Assembly (NCBI GenBank): GCA_001515265.1
Contig: LNDB01000011.1
Location: 1,848 to 65,847, forward strand
Reading direction: 5' to 3'
DNA from: Candidatus Dichloromethanomonas elyunquensis
GTDB taxonomy: Bacteria; Bacillota; Desulfitobacteriia; Desulfitobacteriales; Syntrophobotulaceae
DNA length: 64,000 nucleotides
Every line of letters starts with the position of its first letter. The stretch's first letter is position 1. Shown here piece by piece: positions 1 through 9,033 of this stretch. The notes under the pieces are model-generated. The model was not told the DNA's origin. It saw only the letters and a list, made by a program, of their open reading frames with translations, and ran no database searches. Position numbers and translations under genes: made by a program.

Positions 1-103
1 CATTTTTTAGAATCCTGAGATAAGTGTAAAAAAATATCGAAATAATTTCATATAAACAATATAATGGAGTAAAAGCTTCCTTAAAACAAGGGAGGTTACA
101 GCG

Positions 104-2713
104 ATGGATGATAACTTTTATAAGGAAATAATTGAACAATCTCCAATAGGGTATGCCTATCATAAAATCATATGTAAGGATGACGGGACTCCCTGTGATT
201 ATCAGTTTATTGAAGTTAATTCCGCTTTTGGAGACTTTACCGGACTAAAAGGCTCGGAAATTATCGGTAAAATGATTTCCGATATTCTTCATGGTATCGG
301 GGAAGATGAATTTGACTGGATTCAACTTTATGGCAAAATTGCCATTACTGGCGGCAAGAAGGAGTTTGAAGCGTATTCTGAAAATTTAAAAAGGTGGTAT
401 CGTATCGTTGTTTATTCTCCGAAAAAATATTATTTTGTTACTCTTTTTATCAATATTTCTAAACGCAAGCAGATAGAAGAAGAACTGAAGCTAAACCAGA
501 GGCGACTGATGGACATCATAGAGTTTTTACCTGACGCTACGCTGGCTGTGGATCGGGAAAAAAGAGTTATTATTTGGAACAAAGCCATTGAGAAAATGAC
601 AGGTATCCCAGCCGCAGAGATGATAGGCAAAGGGGATTACGCTTACACCATACCCTTTTACGGGAAGAAGCAGCCTCAATTGATGGATCTGATCTTTCAG
701 GAAGACGAAGTGATTAAGACCCGCTACGGGCACTTTCGAAAAGAGAGGGATACGCTGCTCGCAGAAACTTTTTGTCCTGCACTCTATCAAGGTCAGGGTG
801 CCTGGGTTTCCGCCAAAGTATCCCCGTTGCACGATCAAGCGGGGAATGTTATCGGAGCTATTGAAAGTATCCGGGATATTAACGAACAAAAACTGACAGA
901 GGCAGGATTAAGAGCAAAGACTGCTTTTTTAGAAGCACAGGCTAACGCCTCTTTTGACGGGATACTCGTGGTCAACGAAAAAAAGCAAAGAATTCTCACC
1001 AACTGCCGTATAGCAGAACTTTTCGATGTGCCGCAGAACATTCTTGATGATGAAGATGATGCCTTGCTGCTGGCGTATGTTGCAACTTTGAGCAAAAAAA
1101 CGGAACATTTTTTGGACAAAGTGAATTATCTTTATGACCATCCCTCCGAAATAAGCCGTGACGAAATCGAATTGAAAAATGGAATGGTTCTGGACAGATA
1201 CTCTGCACCGGTTGTCGATAACGAAGGGAAATATTACGGCAGGATTTGGACCTTCCATGATATTACGGAACGTAAAAAGTTAGAAACGGCTTTGGCCCAA
1301 GAGAAGAAACTTTTGGAAACAACACTGATATCGGTAGGAGATGGGGTTATTTCAACGGACGATCAGGGAAATATTATGCTTTTAAATCGGGTTGCCGAAT
1401 ATTTAACCGGTTGGACGCAAAGAGAAGCAAAAGGAAAACCGCTCGAAGAAATTTTTAATATTCACGATGAGTTTACCAAAGAAAAGTGTGAAAATATCGT
1501 AGAGAAAGTACTTGTTAGCGGAAAAACCCAAGAATTGGGCAATCATACCGTGTTGATTTCCAAAAACGGTATTGCGCGTCCTATCGAGGATAGTGCCGCC
1601 CCGATCGTACAAGAAGATGGAAAAATAGTCGGAGTGGTTCTCGTCTTTCGGGATTTCACCGAAAAAAAGCAAAAGCAGGATGAAATAAAATTTTTAAGTT
1701 ATCACGACCAGCTTACCGGAGTCTATAACCGGAGATTCTATGAGGAAGAGATTAAAAGACTGGATACAGAAAAAAACCTTCCACTTACTATTGTCATGGG
1801 TGATGTTAACGGCCTAAAACTGATCAATGATTCGTTTGGGCATGCAGCGGGTGATGAATTGCTTAAAAAGGTTGCGGAAGTACTGAAAAAAGGATGCCGT
1901 CCCGGTGACATTATTGCCAGACTGGGGGGGGATGAATTTATTCTTTTGCTGCCGAAGACCGATGCCTTGGAAACGGAAACGATTATCCGGCGGATCAAGG
2001 TCCTGGCAGCAAAGGAGAAGGTTGGAGCCATCGGTATATCCATATCTTTTGGCTATGAAACAAAGAAAAATGCCCAGGAAAATGTTCAAGAGATCTTCAA
2101 AAATACGGAAGACCAAATGTACCGGCATAAGGTCTGGGAGAGCTTGAGCATGAGACGTAAGACAATCGACCTGATTATGAATACACTCTATAAAAAAAGT
2201 AATCGGGAGATGCGGCATTCCAAAAGAGTCGGTGAAATATGCAAAATGATTGCCACCCAGATGAACTTTAATCAAGATGATATCAATCAGATGAGAATTG
2301 CCGGGTTAATGCATGATATCGGGAAAATTGGAATTGACGAGAAGATTCTGAATAAACCCCAAAAATTAAATGAAGATGAGAGGAACGAAATCAAAAGGCA
2401 TGCTGAAATTGGCTATCGGATATTAAGCTTGGTTAACGAATTTTCGCAAATAGCGAGGTTTGTCCTCGAACATCAAGAAAAATGGGACGGAAGAGGATAT
2501 CCGAGAGGCCTCAAAGGGGAAGAAATATCGCTGCAAGCCAGAATCATTGCCGTTGCCGATGCTTATGATGCCATGATGACGGACAGGCCTTACTGTAAAG
2601 CATTAAGTAAAGAAGAAGCGGTACAAGAAATAAGGAGATGCTCCTCGACACAGTTCGATCCCTATATTGTAAAAATATTTCTTGAAAAGTGTGTACTAAA
2701 TAGATGTGAATGA
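104..2713 (+). CDS. Multi-PAS signalling protein with GGDEF diguanylate cyclase and HD-GYP c-di-GMP phosphodiesterase domains
   Basis: 869-aa ORF with a GGGAGG RBS about 9 nt upstream of the ATG. Motifs: RLGGDEFILLL (GGDEF), HDIGKIGI and EKWDGRGYPRGL (HD-GYP). Several PAS-like blocks in the N-terminal ~520 aa. Confidence 0.9.
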   Translation: MDDNFYKEIIEQSPIGYAYHKIICKDDGTPCDYQFIEVNSAFGDFTGLKGSEIIGKMISDILHGIGEDEFDWIQLYGKIAITGGKKEFEAYSENLKRWYRIVVYSPKKYYFVTLFINISKRKQIEEELKLNQRRLMDIIEFLPDATLAVDREKRVIIWNKAIEKMTGIPAAEMIGKGDYAYTIPFYGKKQPQLMDLIFQEDEVIKTRYGHFRKERDTLLAETFCPALYQGQGAWVSAKVSPLHDQAGNVIGAIESIRDINEQKLTEAGLRAKTAFLEAQANASFDGILVVNEKKQRILTNCRIAELFDVPQNILDDEDDALLLAYVATLSKKTEHFLDKVNYLYDHPSEISRDEIELKNGMVLDRYSAPVVDNEGKYYGRIWTFHDITERKKLETALAQEKKLLETTLISVGDGVISTDDQGNIMLLNRVAEYLTGWTQREAKGKPLEEIFNIHDEFTKEKCENIVEKVLVSGKTQELGNHTVLISKNGIARPIEDSAAPIVQEDGKIVGVVLVFRDFTEKKQKQDEIKFLSYHDQLTGVYNRRFYEEEIKRLDTEKNLPLTIVMGDVNGLKLINDSFGHAAGDELLKKVAEVLKKGCRPGDIIARLGGDEFILLLPKTDALETETIIRRIKVLAAKEKVGAIGISISFGYETKKNAQENVQEIFKNTEDQMYRHKVWESLSMRRKTIDLIMNTLYKKSNREMRHSKRVGEICKMIATQMNFNQDDINQMRIAGLMHDIGKIGIDEKILNKPQKLNEDERNEIKRHAEIGYRILSLVNEFSQIARFVLEHQEKWDGRGYPRGLKGEEISLQARIIAVADAYDAMMTDRPYCKALSKEEAVQEIRRCSSTQFDPYIVKIFLEKCVLNRCE

Positions 2714-2752
2714 ATATAAAATTTTATAGATGTGAATGGATATAAAATTTTG
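2701..2752. repeat. Tandem 26-bp direct duplication spanning the stop codon of the GGDEF/HD-GYP gene
   Basis: tagatgtgaatgaatataaaatttta (2701-2726) is followed directly by tagatgtgaatggatataaaattttg (2727-2752), with 2 mismatches. Confidence 0.85.
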
Positions 2753-2779
2753 TTGAAAATATCAATATCATGTTATAAT
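2750..2779 (+). promoter_or_regulatory. Putative sigma-A promoter of the SPFH operon (extended -10)
   Basis: TTGTTG/TTGAAA -35-like at 2750-2758 and TGtTATAAT at 2771-2779, about 60 nt upstream of the ATG at 2840. Confidence 0.4.
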
Positions 2780-2839
2780 TTATATAAAGTTTGTTTAAAG
2801 ATATTTGTGAATAATTTCAAATATAAGGAGTCGAATTCT

Positions 2840-4066
2840 ATGGCTGTAGTTGATGTCGTAAAATATGACGGCACCCCGGATATCCTTGCTTGGAAATTTC
2901 CAAAAGAGGAATTAGGCACATGGACACAGCTTATTGTGAATGAATCACAAGAGGCCGTATTGTTTAAAAGCGGCATCGCGCTGGATGTTTTCGGCAGTGG
3001 CAGGCATACATTGGATACGGCGAATATTCCTTTGCTTAACAAAATAATTAATCTTCCGTTTGGCAATCGTTCGCCTTTTACGGCGGAGGTATGGTACATA
3101 AACAAAGTGTATTCGCTTGATATCAAGTGGGGAACACAGACTCCCGTCCAGCTTCAGGACCCGAAGTTTGGCATATTTATCCCGGTTAGTTCTTACGGAC
3201 AGTTCGGGGTCAGGATTGCAGACGCCAAAAAATTCCTGGTTAAGCTCGTAGGGACATTGAAAATTTTCGACAAAGACAGCATTTCCAGATATTTCCGCGG
3301 ACTTTATCAGACGAAAGTCAAGGATGCGATATCCTCCTACTTAGTGAATGAAAAAATCGGCATTCTGGAAATAAATGCTTCTATCGATAAGCTTTCGGAA
3401 TATTTGAAAGAGCGGATGGAGCCAACCTTGGACGAATATGGGATAGTGCTGATCAATTTTTTTATTAACGGGATCAGCGTACCTGAGGAAGACCCAGGGG
3501 TGATAAAGCTCAAGGAGGCGCTCGCTAAACGTGCGGAAATGAATATTATCGGGTTTAACTACCAGCAAGAGCGTTCTTTCGATACGCTGGAAGGGGCGGC
3601 AAAAAACCCTGGAAGCGCTTCAGCAGGGGTCATGGGGGCAGGTCTTGGGCTCGGAATGGGTGTTGGCCTTGGCGGTGCGGTAGGCGCACAATTTGGAGGT
3701 ATAGCCAAAGAAATAAATGTCAACAGTCCGCTAAAAATTAAGATATGCACGGGATGTGGCGCGGAAATGGATGCGGATAAGCGGTTCTGTGCGGATTGCG
3801 GCTATGATACACAGGATAAAAAAGAAAAACAAAAAAATTACATTATCTGCAGCGCATGTGGAGCGCAGCTTGAACGAAAAATGAAGTTTTGTCCGGAATG
3901 CGGCAAAAAATATACCCCTTGCCCGGAATGTGGTGCCGATTTACCGGAGGATGCAAAAAAATGTAATAGGTGCGGAGTTCAGCTTATCAATAAATGTCCC
4001 CAATGCGGTGCTGTTGTTGGCGAAGGAACAAAGTTCTGTCCTGAATGCGGTGAAAAACTTAAGTGA
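2840..4066 (+). CDS. SPFH/Band-7 family protein (YdjI-like) with four C-terminal zinc ribbons
   Basis: AAGGAG RBS at 2826-2830 and ATG at 2840; the ORF-track start at 2732 is AT-rich with no RBS. The N-terminus MAVVDVVKYDGTPDILAWKFP is typical of COG4260-type SPFH proteins. A Gly-rich linker precedes four CxxC-x10-CxxC units (CTGCG..CADCG, CSACG..CPECG, CPECG..CNRCG, CPQCG..CPECG). Confidence 0.8.
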   Translation: MAVVDVVKYDGTPDILAWKFPKEELGTWTQLIVNESQEAVLFKSGIALDVFGSGRHTLDTANIPLLNKIINLPFGNRSPFTAEVWYINKVYSLDIKWGTQTPVQLQDPKFGIFIPVSSYGQFGVRIADAKKFLVKLVGTLKIFDKDSISRYFRGLYQTKVKDAISSYLVNEKIGILEINASIDKLSEYLKERMEPTLDEYGIVLINFFINGISVPEEDPGVIKLKEALAKRAEMNIIGFNYQQERSFDTLEGAAKNPGSASAGVMGAGLGLGMGVGLGGAVGAQFGGIAKEINVNSPLKIKICTGCGAEMDADKRFCADCGYDTQDKKEKQKNYIICSACGAQLERKMKFCPECGKKYTPCPECGADLPEDAKKCNRCGVQLINKCPQCGAVVGEGTKFCPECGEKLK

Positions 4067-4081
4067 TGGGAGGAAAAAACT

Positions 4082-4786
4082 ATGTCTAGCAGGAGAACAG
4101 TTCCAGCCGCAATTATCGGACTGATTATTGTCTCGGTTACACTGCTTATTTTCTTCGTAGCGGTTACTGAACGACATGCGATACAGTGGGCAGGCCTAGG
4201 CTTTATTATTCTGGCAGAGCTGGTTGGAACCGGAGGAGTTATCTTCTTCAACGAGGAATATTTGCGGAATACATCGGGAGTGATGCTGCGTGCAGGGGGT
4301 TATAGCCTGCTATTCCTATATTTCCTTGCTACGGCTGCGGTTTCTGTTCACTATATATCCGGATACGGCGGCAGCATAAAATGGCTGGTGACGCTAAATC
4401 TTATTATTTTAGCGTTCACCGCGGTAATCATGATCCTAATTTTTGTCAGCAGCAGGCACAATTATGACCAGAACTACGCAGTACTCCGGTCGGTTGCAAT
4501 GATCAAACAGATTTCTGATTCGGTCATGCTTTTAAAAAGCAATATCCAAAACAGCAAATACAGGAACCCGCTTGAAAAAATACATGATGCCCTCAGGTAT
4601 TGTGACAACTCGGTGTATGTTTCGACTGATGATCTGATTAAAATTAAAATTAATTACTTGGAAGAGATATTAGGATCGGAAACAGTTGATAAAGACGAAA
4701 AAGTCAGGGTTATAACCGATGAGATACTCCTGCTTGCCAAAAGAAGAGCAGCTCAAGCCAAGGAGATTAAAGCAGGGGGCATATAA
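4082..4786 (+). CDS. Membrane protein (about 4 TM helices plus a cytoplasmic helical tail), function unknown
   Basis: GGGAGGA RBS just upstream. Hydrophobic segments IIGLIIVSVTLLIFFVAV, GLGFIILAELVGTGGVIFF, YSLLFLYFLATAAVSV and LVTLNLIILAFTAVIMILIFV. Only 15 nt downstream of the SPFH gene. Confidence 0.7.
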   Translation: MSSRRTVPAAIIGLIIVSVTLLIFFVAVTERHAIQWAGLGFIILAELVGTGGVIFFNEEYLRNTSGVMLRAGGYSLLFLYFLATAAVSVHYISGYGGSIKWLVTLNLIILAFTAVIMILIFVSSRHNYDQNYAVLRSVAMIKQISDSVMLLKSNIQNSKYRNPLEKIHDALRYCDNSVYVSTDDLIKIKINYLEEILGSETVDKDEKVRVITDEILLLAKRRAAQAKEIKAGGI

Positions 4787-4802
4787 ATTGGAGGAGAATA
4801 CA

Positions 4803-5399
4803 TTGAAATTCAACCAAAGAAAAGTTACATTTGACTGGATTGTCGGTTTAATCTTCAATATCATTGGCTGGATATTATTGGCATCGATAGCCTCTTCTTT
4901 CATCATGCTATTCAAACTGCCTTCCCCCAAAATAGTATCTTCATTGACACCTTCGATGGCGATAACATTCTTTTTCTTGGTAATTATTTCTTCAATCTTT
5001 TTCAGCAAAGGGCGCATGATGCTGGCGAGGGTCAAGACCTTTAAAATGTATACAGCGATCCTTTCTGTTGATCCGACAAATTCCATTGAACGTATTGCTG
5101 CCAGTACCGAGATTCCCAAGGTAAAATTTATACAATCGAGCAGTTCCGATAAAACTCAATTTGTTCAGGACTGTATTATCAACATGATCAATCATGGCTA
5201 TTTCCCGAAAGGAACTTTTATTGACCCTGAAAAAAAAGCAATTGTCTTCCCTGCGGCTCCGGGGAAAACAACGACCAGCCCGGTTACAGCTGAAGAATAT
5301 ATTACCTTTACCTGTAAAAACTGCGGAGCATCAAATAAAATTGTTAAAAGCTCTGAGAATGAATGCGCCTATTGCGGAACGTTATTTAATTTTGAATAA
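4803..5399 (+). CDS. Membrane protein (2 TM) with a C-terminal zinc ribbon, function unknown
   Basis: GGAGGA at 4790-4795 and an in-frame TTG at 4803. The upstream part of the track ORF overlaps the previous gene. The C-terminus is CKNCG-x13-CAYCG. The start codon is uncertain. Confidence 0.6.
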   Translation: MKFNQRKVTFDWIVGLIFNIIGWILLASIASSFIMLFKLPSPKIVSSLTPSMAITFFFLVIISSIFFSKGRMMLARVKTFKMYTAILSVDPTNSIERIAASTEIPKVKFIQSSSSDKTQFVQDCIINMINHGYFPKGTFIDPEKKAIVFPAAPGKTTTSPVTAEEYITFTCKNCGASNKIVKSSENECAYCGTLFNFE

Positions 5400-5549
5400 T
5401 AGCATTCATTTACGACTTTATCTTGATACAAAGGTATACCTTTAGTTGTTGTTATTTTTTCATGACTGAAGGTATTTTTTTTGCTCAACTATTTATTCAG
5501 GATGCTTAGGGAGTTTTTTCTAAAATAAGAATAAAAGGTGGGAGTTGAC

Positions 5550-6188
5550 ATGCAAGGGAAATCATTTCGAAAAGGATGCTTAATTACAGTAGTAGTTTTT
5601 GCGGCAGTTACCGCATTAATATTTTTTGTCCTGGCTTTTGTTGGAGAAGTTCCTGTAAAAAAGCCCAATATTTACATTTATCCTGAAAAGACGGAAAATA
5701 TTACTGTGAAAGTGAGTCCGAGAGGTGCGATTACAAAGTCAATTCCAAAGTACAAAAACGGCTGGACTGTTTCGGTAGAACCGGATGGTAAAATCGACGG
5801 ACAATTTAATTACTTGTTCTATGAAGCGAATGTGAAATATCCGTTTACGCTGAATAAAGGATGGATAGTAAACAAGTCCGATTTTTCTTCGCAGATGAAT
5901 GTGATTTTACGAGATATAGGTTTGCAAGCTAATGAGATCGAGGATTTTATTTGCTACTGGAGTAAGGAGCTAAAGTGGGATAAGGATAAATACGCAGTTT
6001 ATTTAATTTCCCAGCAAGAAATCAACAAAGCGATACCGCTTGCAATTTCTAAAACTCCCGATTCTTTGCTCAGAGTATATTTTTATTTTAAAGCGACTGA
6101 TAAGGATTTTATTATTGAAAGACCCAGTATTAATACTTTTGAACGTAAAGGGTTTACTGTTGTGGAGTGGGGTGGTATTGGCCAATAA
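5550..6188 (+). CDS. N-terminally membrane-anchored protein, function unknown
   Basis: AAAAGGTGGGAG RBS, then ATG at 5550. Single TM helix (CLITVVVFAAVTALIFFVLAFV) followed by a soluble domain that starts KKPNIYIYPE. Confidence 0.65.
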   Translation: MQGKSFRKGCLITVVVFAAVTALIFFVLAFVGEVPVKKPNIYIYPEKTENITVKVSPRGAITKSIPKYKNGWTVSVEPDGKIDGQFNYLFYEANVKYPFTLNKGWIVNKSDFSSQMNVILRDIGLQANEIEDFICYWSKELKWDKDKYAVYLISQQEINKAIPLAISKTPDSLLRVYFYFKATDKDFIIERPSINTFERKGFTVVEWGGIGQ

Positions 6189-6220
6189 TAATTTCTAAAC
6201 AAAAATAGCAAAGGATGATC

Positions 6221-6901
6221 ATGTTGAGAAAAGCGGTAGTCTTATTATCGGGAGGGATGGACTCCTCAACAGTTTTGTATATAGCCAAGTCCCAGGGTTT
6301 TGAAGTTTATGCTTTATCTTTCAGCTATGGCCAACGCCACGTTAAGGAGCTCGATTCAGCAAAGGCTGTTGCCCGCAAAGCAGGAGTTAAGGAGCATATT
6401 ATTGTTAATACGAACATAAACGCCTGGGGGGGCTCAGCTTTAACAGATAAAGAAATAGAGGTGCCCGAAAGTGATCCCAGTAACAATAAAATCCCGGCAA
6501 CCTATGTTCCTGCGCGGAATATGATATTCTTGTCTCTGGCCGCTTCTTACGCAGAAGCAATCAGTTCCCAAGACATATTTCTCGGTGTCAGTGAGGTTGA
6601 TTACTCAGGGTATGTCGATTGCAGACAGGAATTTATAGCTGCTATGGAACAGGCAATCAATATGGGTACAGTGTGTGCGGTGGAAGAAGGTAAGAAAATT
6701 AAAATACATACACCTTTGGTCCATATGTCTAAATCGGAGGAAATAAAACTTGGGATGAGCTTAGGAGTGGATTACGGGCTTACGTGGACGTGTTACAAGG
6801 GGGGAGAATCATCCTGCGGAACATGTGACAGCTGCATGCTGAGATTAAAGGCATTTAAAGAGGCAGGGTGCCAGGATCCCATAATTTACAAGAAGGATTA
6901 A
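6221..6901 (+). CDS. queC: 7-cyano-7-deazaguanine synthase
   Basis: PP-loop motif [11 protein letters not shown] and C-terminal Zn Cys cluster [18 protein letters not shown] 6215 and ATG 6221 are both possible; 6221 has better RBS spacing. Confidence 0.9.
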   Translation: MLRKAVVLLSGGMDSSTVLYIAKSQGFEVYALSFSYGQRHVKELDSAKAVARKAGVKEHIIVNTNINAWGGSALTDKEIEVPESDPSNNKIPATYVPARNMIFLSLAASYAEAISSQDIFLGVSEVDYSGYVDCRQEFIAAMEQAINMGTVCAVEEGKKIKIHTPLVHMSKSEEIKLGMSLGVDYGLTWTCYKGGESSCGTCDSCMLRLKAFKEAGCQDPIIYKKD

Positions 6902-6936
6902 TACCTTTTGCTTAGTTTTAATTGGAGGTTGAGTGT

Positions 6937-7326
6937 ATGGCATTTGCTACAATAGTTAAAGAGTTTACCTTTGATGCTGCGCATAGACTTGAGGGCCACT
7001 GCGGACATTGTAAAAACATCCATGGGCACACGTATAAACTATTGGTTGGGGTATATGGCGAGATTCAAAATCAACCTGGCAGCACGAATGACGGTATGGT
7101 TTTAGATTTTGACGCGTTGAAACAAGTAGTTAATACTGAGATCATAAACAAATTGGACCATCAATTTATAAACGAGATTTTGCCATTTCAGCCAACAGTG
7201 GAAAACATTGCTGTTTGGATGGTCCGTGTTCTTCGCAGGGCCGGTCTGCAGCTTAAATTTGTAAGGGTGTACGAAACGCCGACTTCTTACGTGGAAATTG
7301 AGGAAAGGGATGTGCCTGTTGAGTAA
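6937..7326 (+). CDS. queD: 6-carboxy-5,6,7,8-tetrahydropterin synthase
   Basis: FDAAHRL..CGHCKNIHGHTYKL motif of the PTPS/QueD family. GGAGG RBS 8 nt before ATG 6937. Confidence 0.9.
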   Translation: MAFATIVKEFTFDAAHRLEGHCGHCKNIHGHTYKLLVGVYGEIQNQPGSTNDGMVLDFDALKQVVNTEIINKLDHQFINEILPFQPTVENIAVWMVRVLRRAGLQLKFVRVYETPTSYVEIEERDVPVE

Positions 7327-7921
7327 TTTATACCCTATCTGTGAAATATTTGACAGCATCCAGGGTGAAGGGATTTGGACAGGTATACCCGCTGTTTTTG
7401 TACGCTTCCATGGCTGCAACCTGAGATGCTGTTGGTGCGATACGAAGGAAACCTGGTCAGGGAAAGCCAAAGAGATGACAACAGAAGAGATTCTTTCGAA
7501 GATCAATCTTGAGCATGTGATTATTACAGGGGGTGAGCCTCTCCTTTATGATTTAACCGAATTGTTTGATCTTCTTCATCAAGAAGGGAAAAAAGTCCAT
7601 GTGGAAACAAACGGAACCCAATTATGGAAAGAGAGTTATCCCCCGGACATTTGGATCACCGTTTCTCCTAAGAAAGAAAGCGGGTATAGTATCCATCCAT
7701 CTCTTCTAGCAAGAGCGGGTGAATACAAATATGTCGTGGATGAAGGATTTAATCCGGATATCATTCCTGAATTTTCTTTGGCTAAGGGAAAGGAAAAGCT
7801 TGTATTTTTATCGCCGGAAAATGTTCGTCCTGAGATGATTCAGAAAGCTTATGAAATAGTATTTCAATATCCATACTGCCGGCTTATGGTTCAAATGCAC
7901 AAATTGATTGGCGTAAAGTGA
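7310..7921 (+). CDS. queE: 7-carboxy-7-deazaguanine synthase (radical SAM)
   Basis: EIFDSIQGEG N-terminal motif and radical-SAM cluster CNLRCCWCDT. Overlaps the queD 3' end. Start is ATG 7310 or TTG 7298. Confidence 0.88.
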   Translation: MCLLSNLYPICEIFDSIQGEGIWTGIPAVFVRFHGCNLRCCWCDTKETWSGKAKEMTTEEILSKINLEHVIITGGEPLLYDLTELFDLLHQEGKKVHVETNGTQLWKESYPPDIWITVSPKKESGYSIHPSLLARAGEYKYVVDEGFNPDIIPEFSLAKGKEKLVFLSPENVRPEMIQKAYEIVFQYPYCRLMVQMHKLIGVK

Positions 7922-8013
7922 CCCCATAACCGGTTACTGTTTCCTTGCATATATTAGCCGGCCCAGGTGGATGTTTTGAACTGATTATATTGAATATAAG
8001 GGGAGTTGATGAC

Positions 8014-9033
8014 ATGAATCTAACGGAGATACGCAGTCAAGCCAAAGTGAAACTAGCCGGGGTCTGCCAGGTCTGCAGAATTTGTGACGGTAAAGCCTGT
8101 GCCGGAAAGGTGCCTGGAATGGGTGGTATCGGCACAGGCAGCAGCTTCAAACATAACGTGGAGGCTCTCGACAGATATTCTTTAAATCTTCGTGTTATCC
8201 ACAAAGTGAATGAACCATGCTTGGAATATAGTCTCTTCGGAAAGAAGTTAAAAATGCCAGTAATGGGTGCTGCCATTGGTGGGGGCACAATAAATTATAA
8301 TGATGCTATAACAGAACATGATTTGAATTCCGCTATCATTGAGGGTTGCTCTGTAGCCGGCAGCATAGGACAGTTGGGAGAGGGCCCATCTTTAGATTAC
8401 TTTCGGGACGGATTGGAGATAATATCCGGAAACAACGGGTGGGGAGTACCCATAATTAAACCGCGGGAGCAGGAAGAAATAATTAAGAGAATAAAAATGG
8501 CGGAAGAAGCAGGTTGCTGTGCGGTCGGGATAGATATAGATGCTGCCGGATTAATCAATATGCGGGCAAACGGACAGCGTGTGGAAGCTAAATCGTTGCA
8601 GCAGTTAGAGGAGTTAACAAAATCCACCTCTTTGCCTGTAATTCTAAAAGGTATCATGACCCCGGATGAAGCGGAGAAAGCCGCCGTATCAGGCGCAAAG
8701 GCCATCGTTGTATCTAATCATGGCGGCAGGGTTCTTGATTGTACCCCTGGTACAGCGGAAGTTCTTCCCGGTATTGCCAATGGGGTGAAAGGAAAAATAA
8801 CAATATTAATAGATGGCGGTATCCGCACGGGTTATGATGTTTTGAAATGTCTGGCTTTGGGAGCAGATGCAACCATGATAGGCCGCCCTCTGGCTCTGGG
8901 CGCTATAGGGGGAGGAACCGGGGGAGTATCGCTCACGCTTGAACAAATCTATCAAGAACTTTTTGTAGCTATGATTATGACGGGAACAGCCGAGGTCACT
9001 ACGGTAGACCCAGCGATTTTATTTTATGATTAA
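8014..9033 (+). CDS. FMN-dependent alpha-hydroxy-acid dehydrogenase/oxidase family protein with an N-terminal Cys cluster
   Basis: VVSNHGGRVLD and IDGGIRTG motifs of the glycolate oxidase/LldD family. N-terminal CQVCRICDGKAC. GGGGAG RBS before ATG 8014. Confidence 0.75.
   Translation: MNLTEIRSQAKVKLAGVCQVCRICDGKACAGKVPGMGGIGTGSSFKHNVEALDRYSLNLRVIHKVNEPCLEYSLFGKKLKMPVMGAAIGGGTINYNDAITEHDLNSAIIEGCSVAGSIGQLGEGPSLDYFRDGLEIISGNNGWGVPIIKPREQEEIIKRIKMAEEAGCCAVGIDIDAAGLINMRANGQRVEAKSLQQLEELTKSTSLPVILKGIMTPDEAEKAAVSGAKAIVVSNHGGRVLDCTPGTAEVLPGIANGVKGKITILIDGGIRTGYDVLKCLALGADATMIGRPLALGAIGGGTGGVSLTLEQIYQELFVAMIMTGTAEVTTVDPAILFYD

Noticed and set aside
430-2275. Multiple antisense ORFs of 60-150 aa in the track, here and throughout the window (e.g. 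527-889, 1814-2275, 24508-25041, 33796-34302, 60384-60965).
   Set aside because: All lie fully inside long, motif-supported genes on the opposite strand. They lack RBSs and have biased, low-complexity translations typical of antisense frames.
6150-6220. Looked for a preQ1 riboswitch upstream of queC.
   Set aside because: The gap between the previous CDS stop (6188) and queC is under 35 nt. The sequence (taataataatttctaaacaaaaatagcaaagga) has no P1 stem or C-containing loop matching the preQ1-I consensus. queCDE may be read through from upstream or regulated elsewhere.
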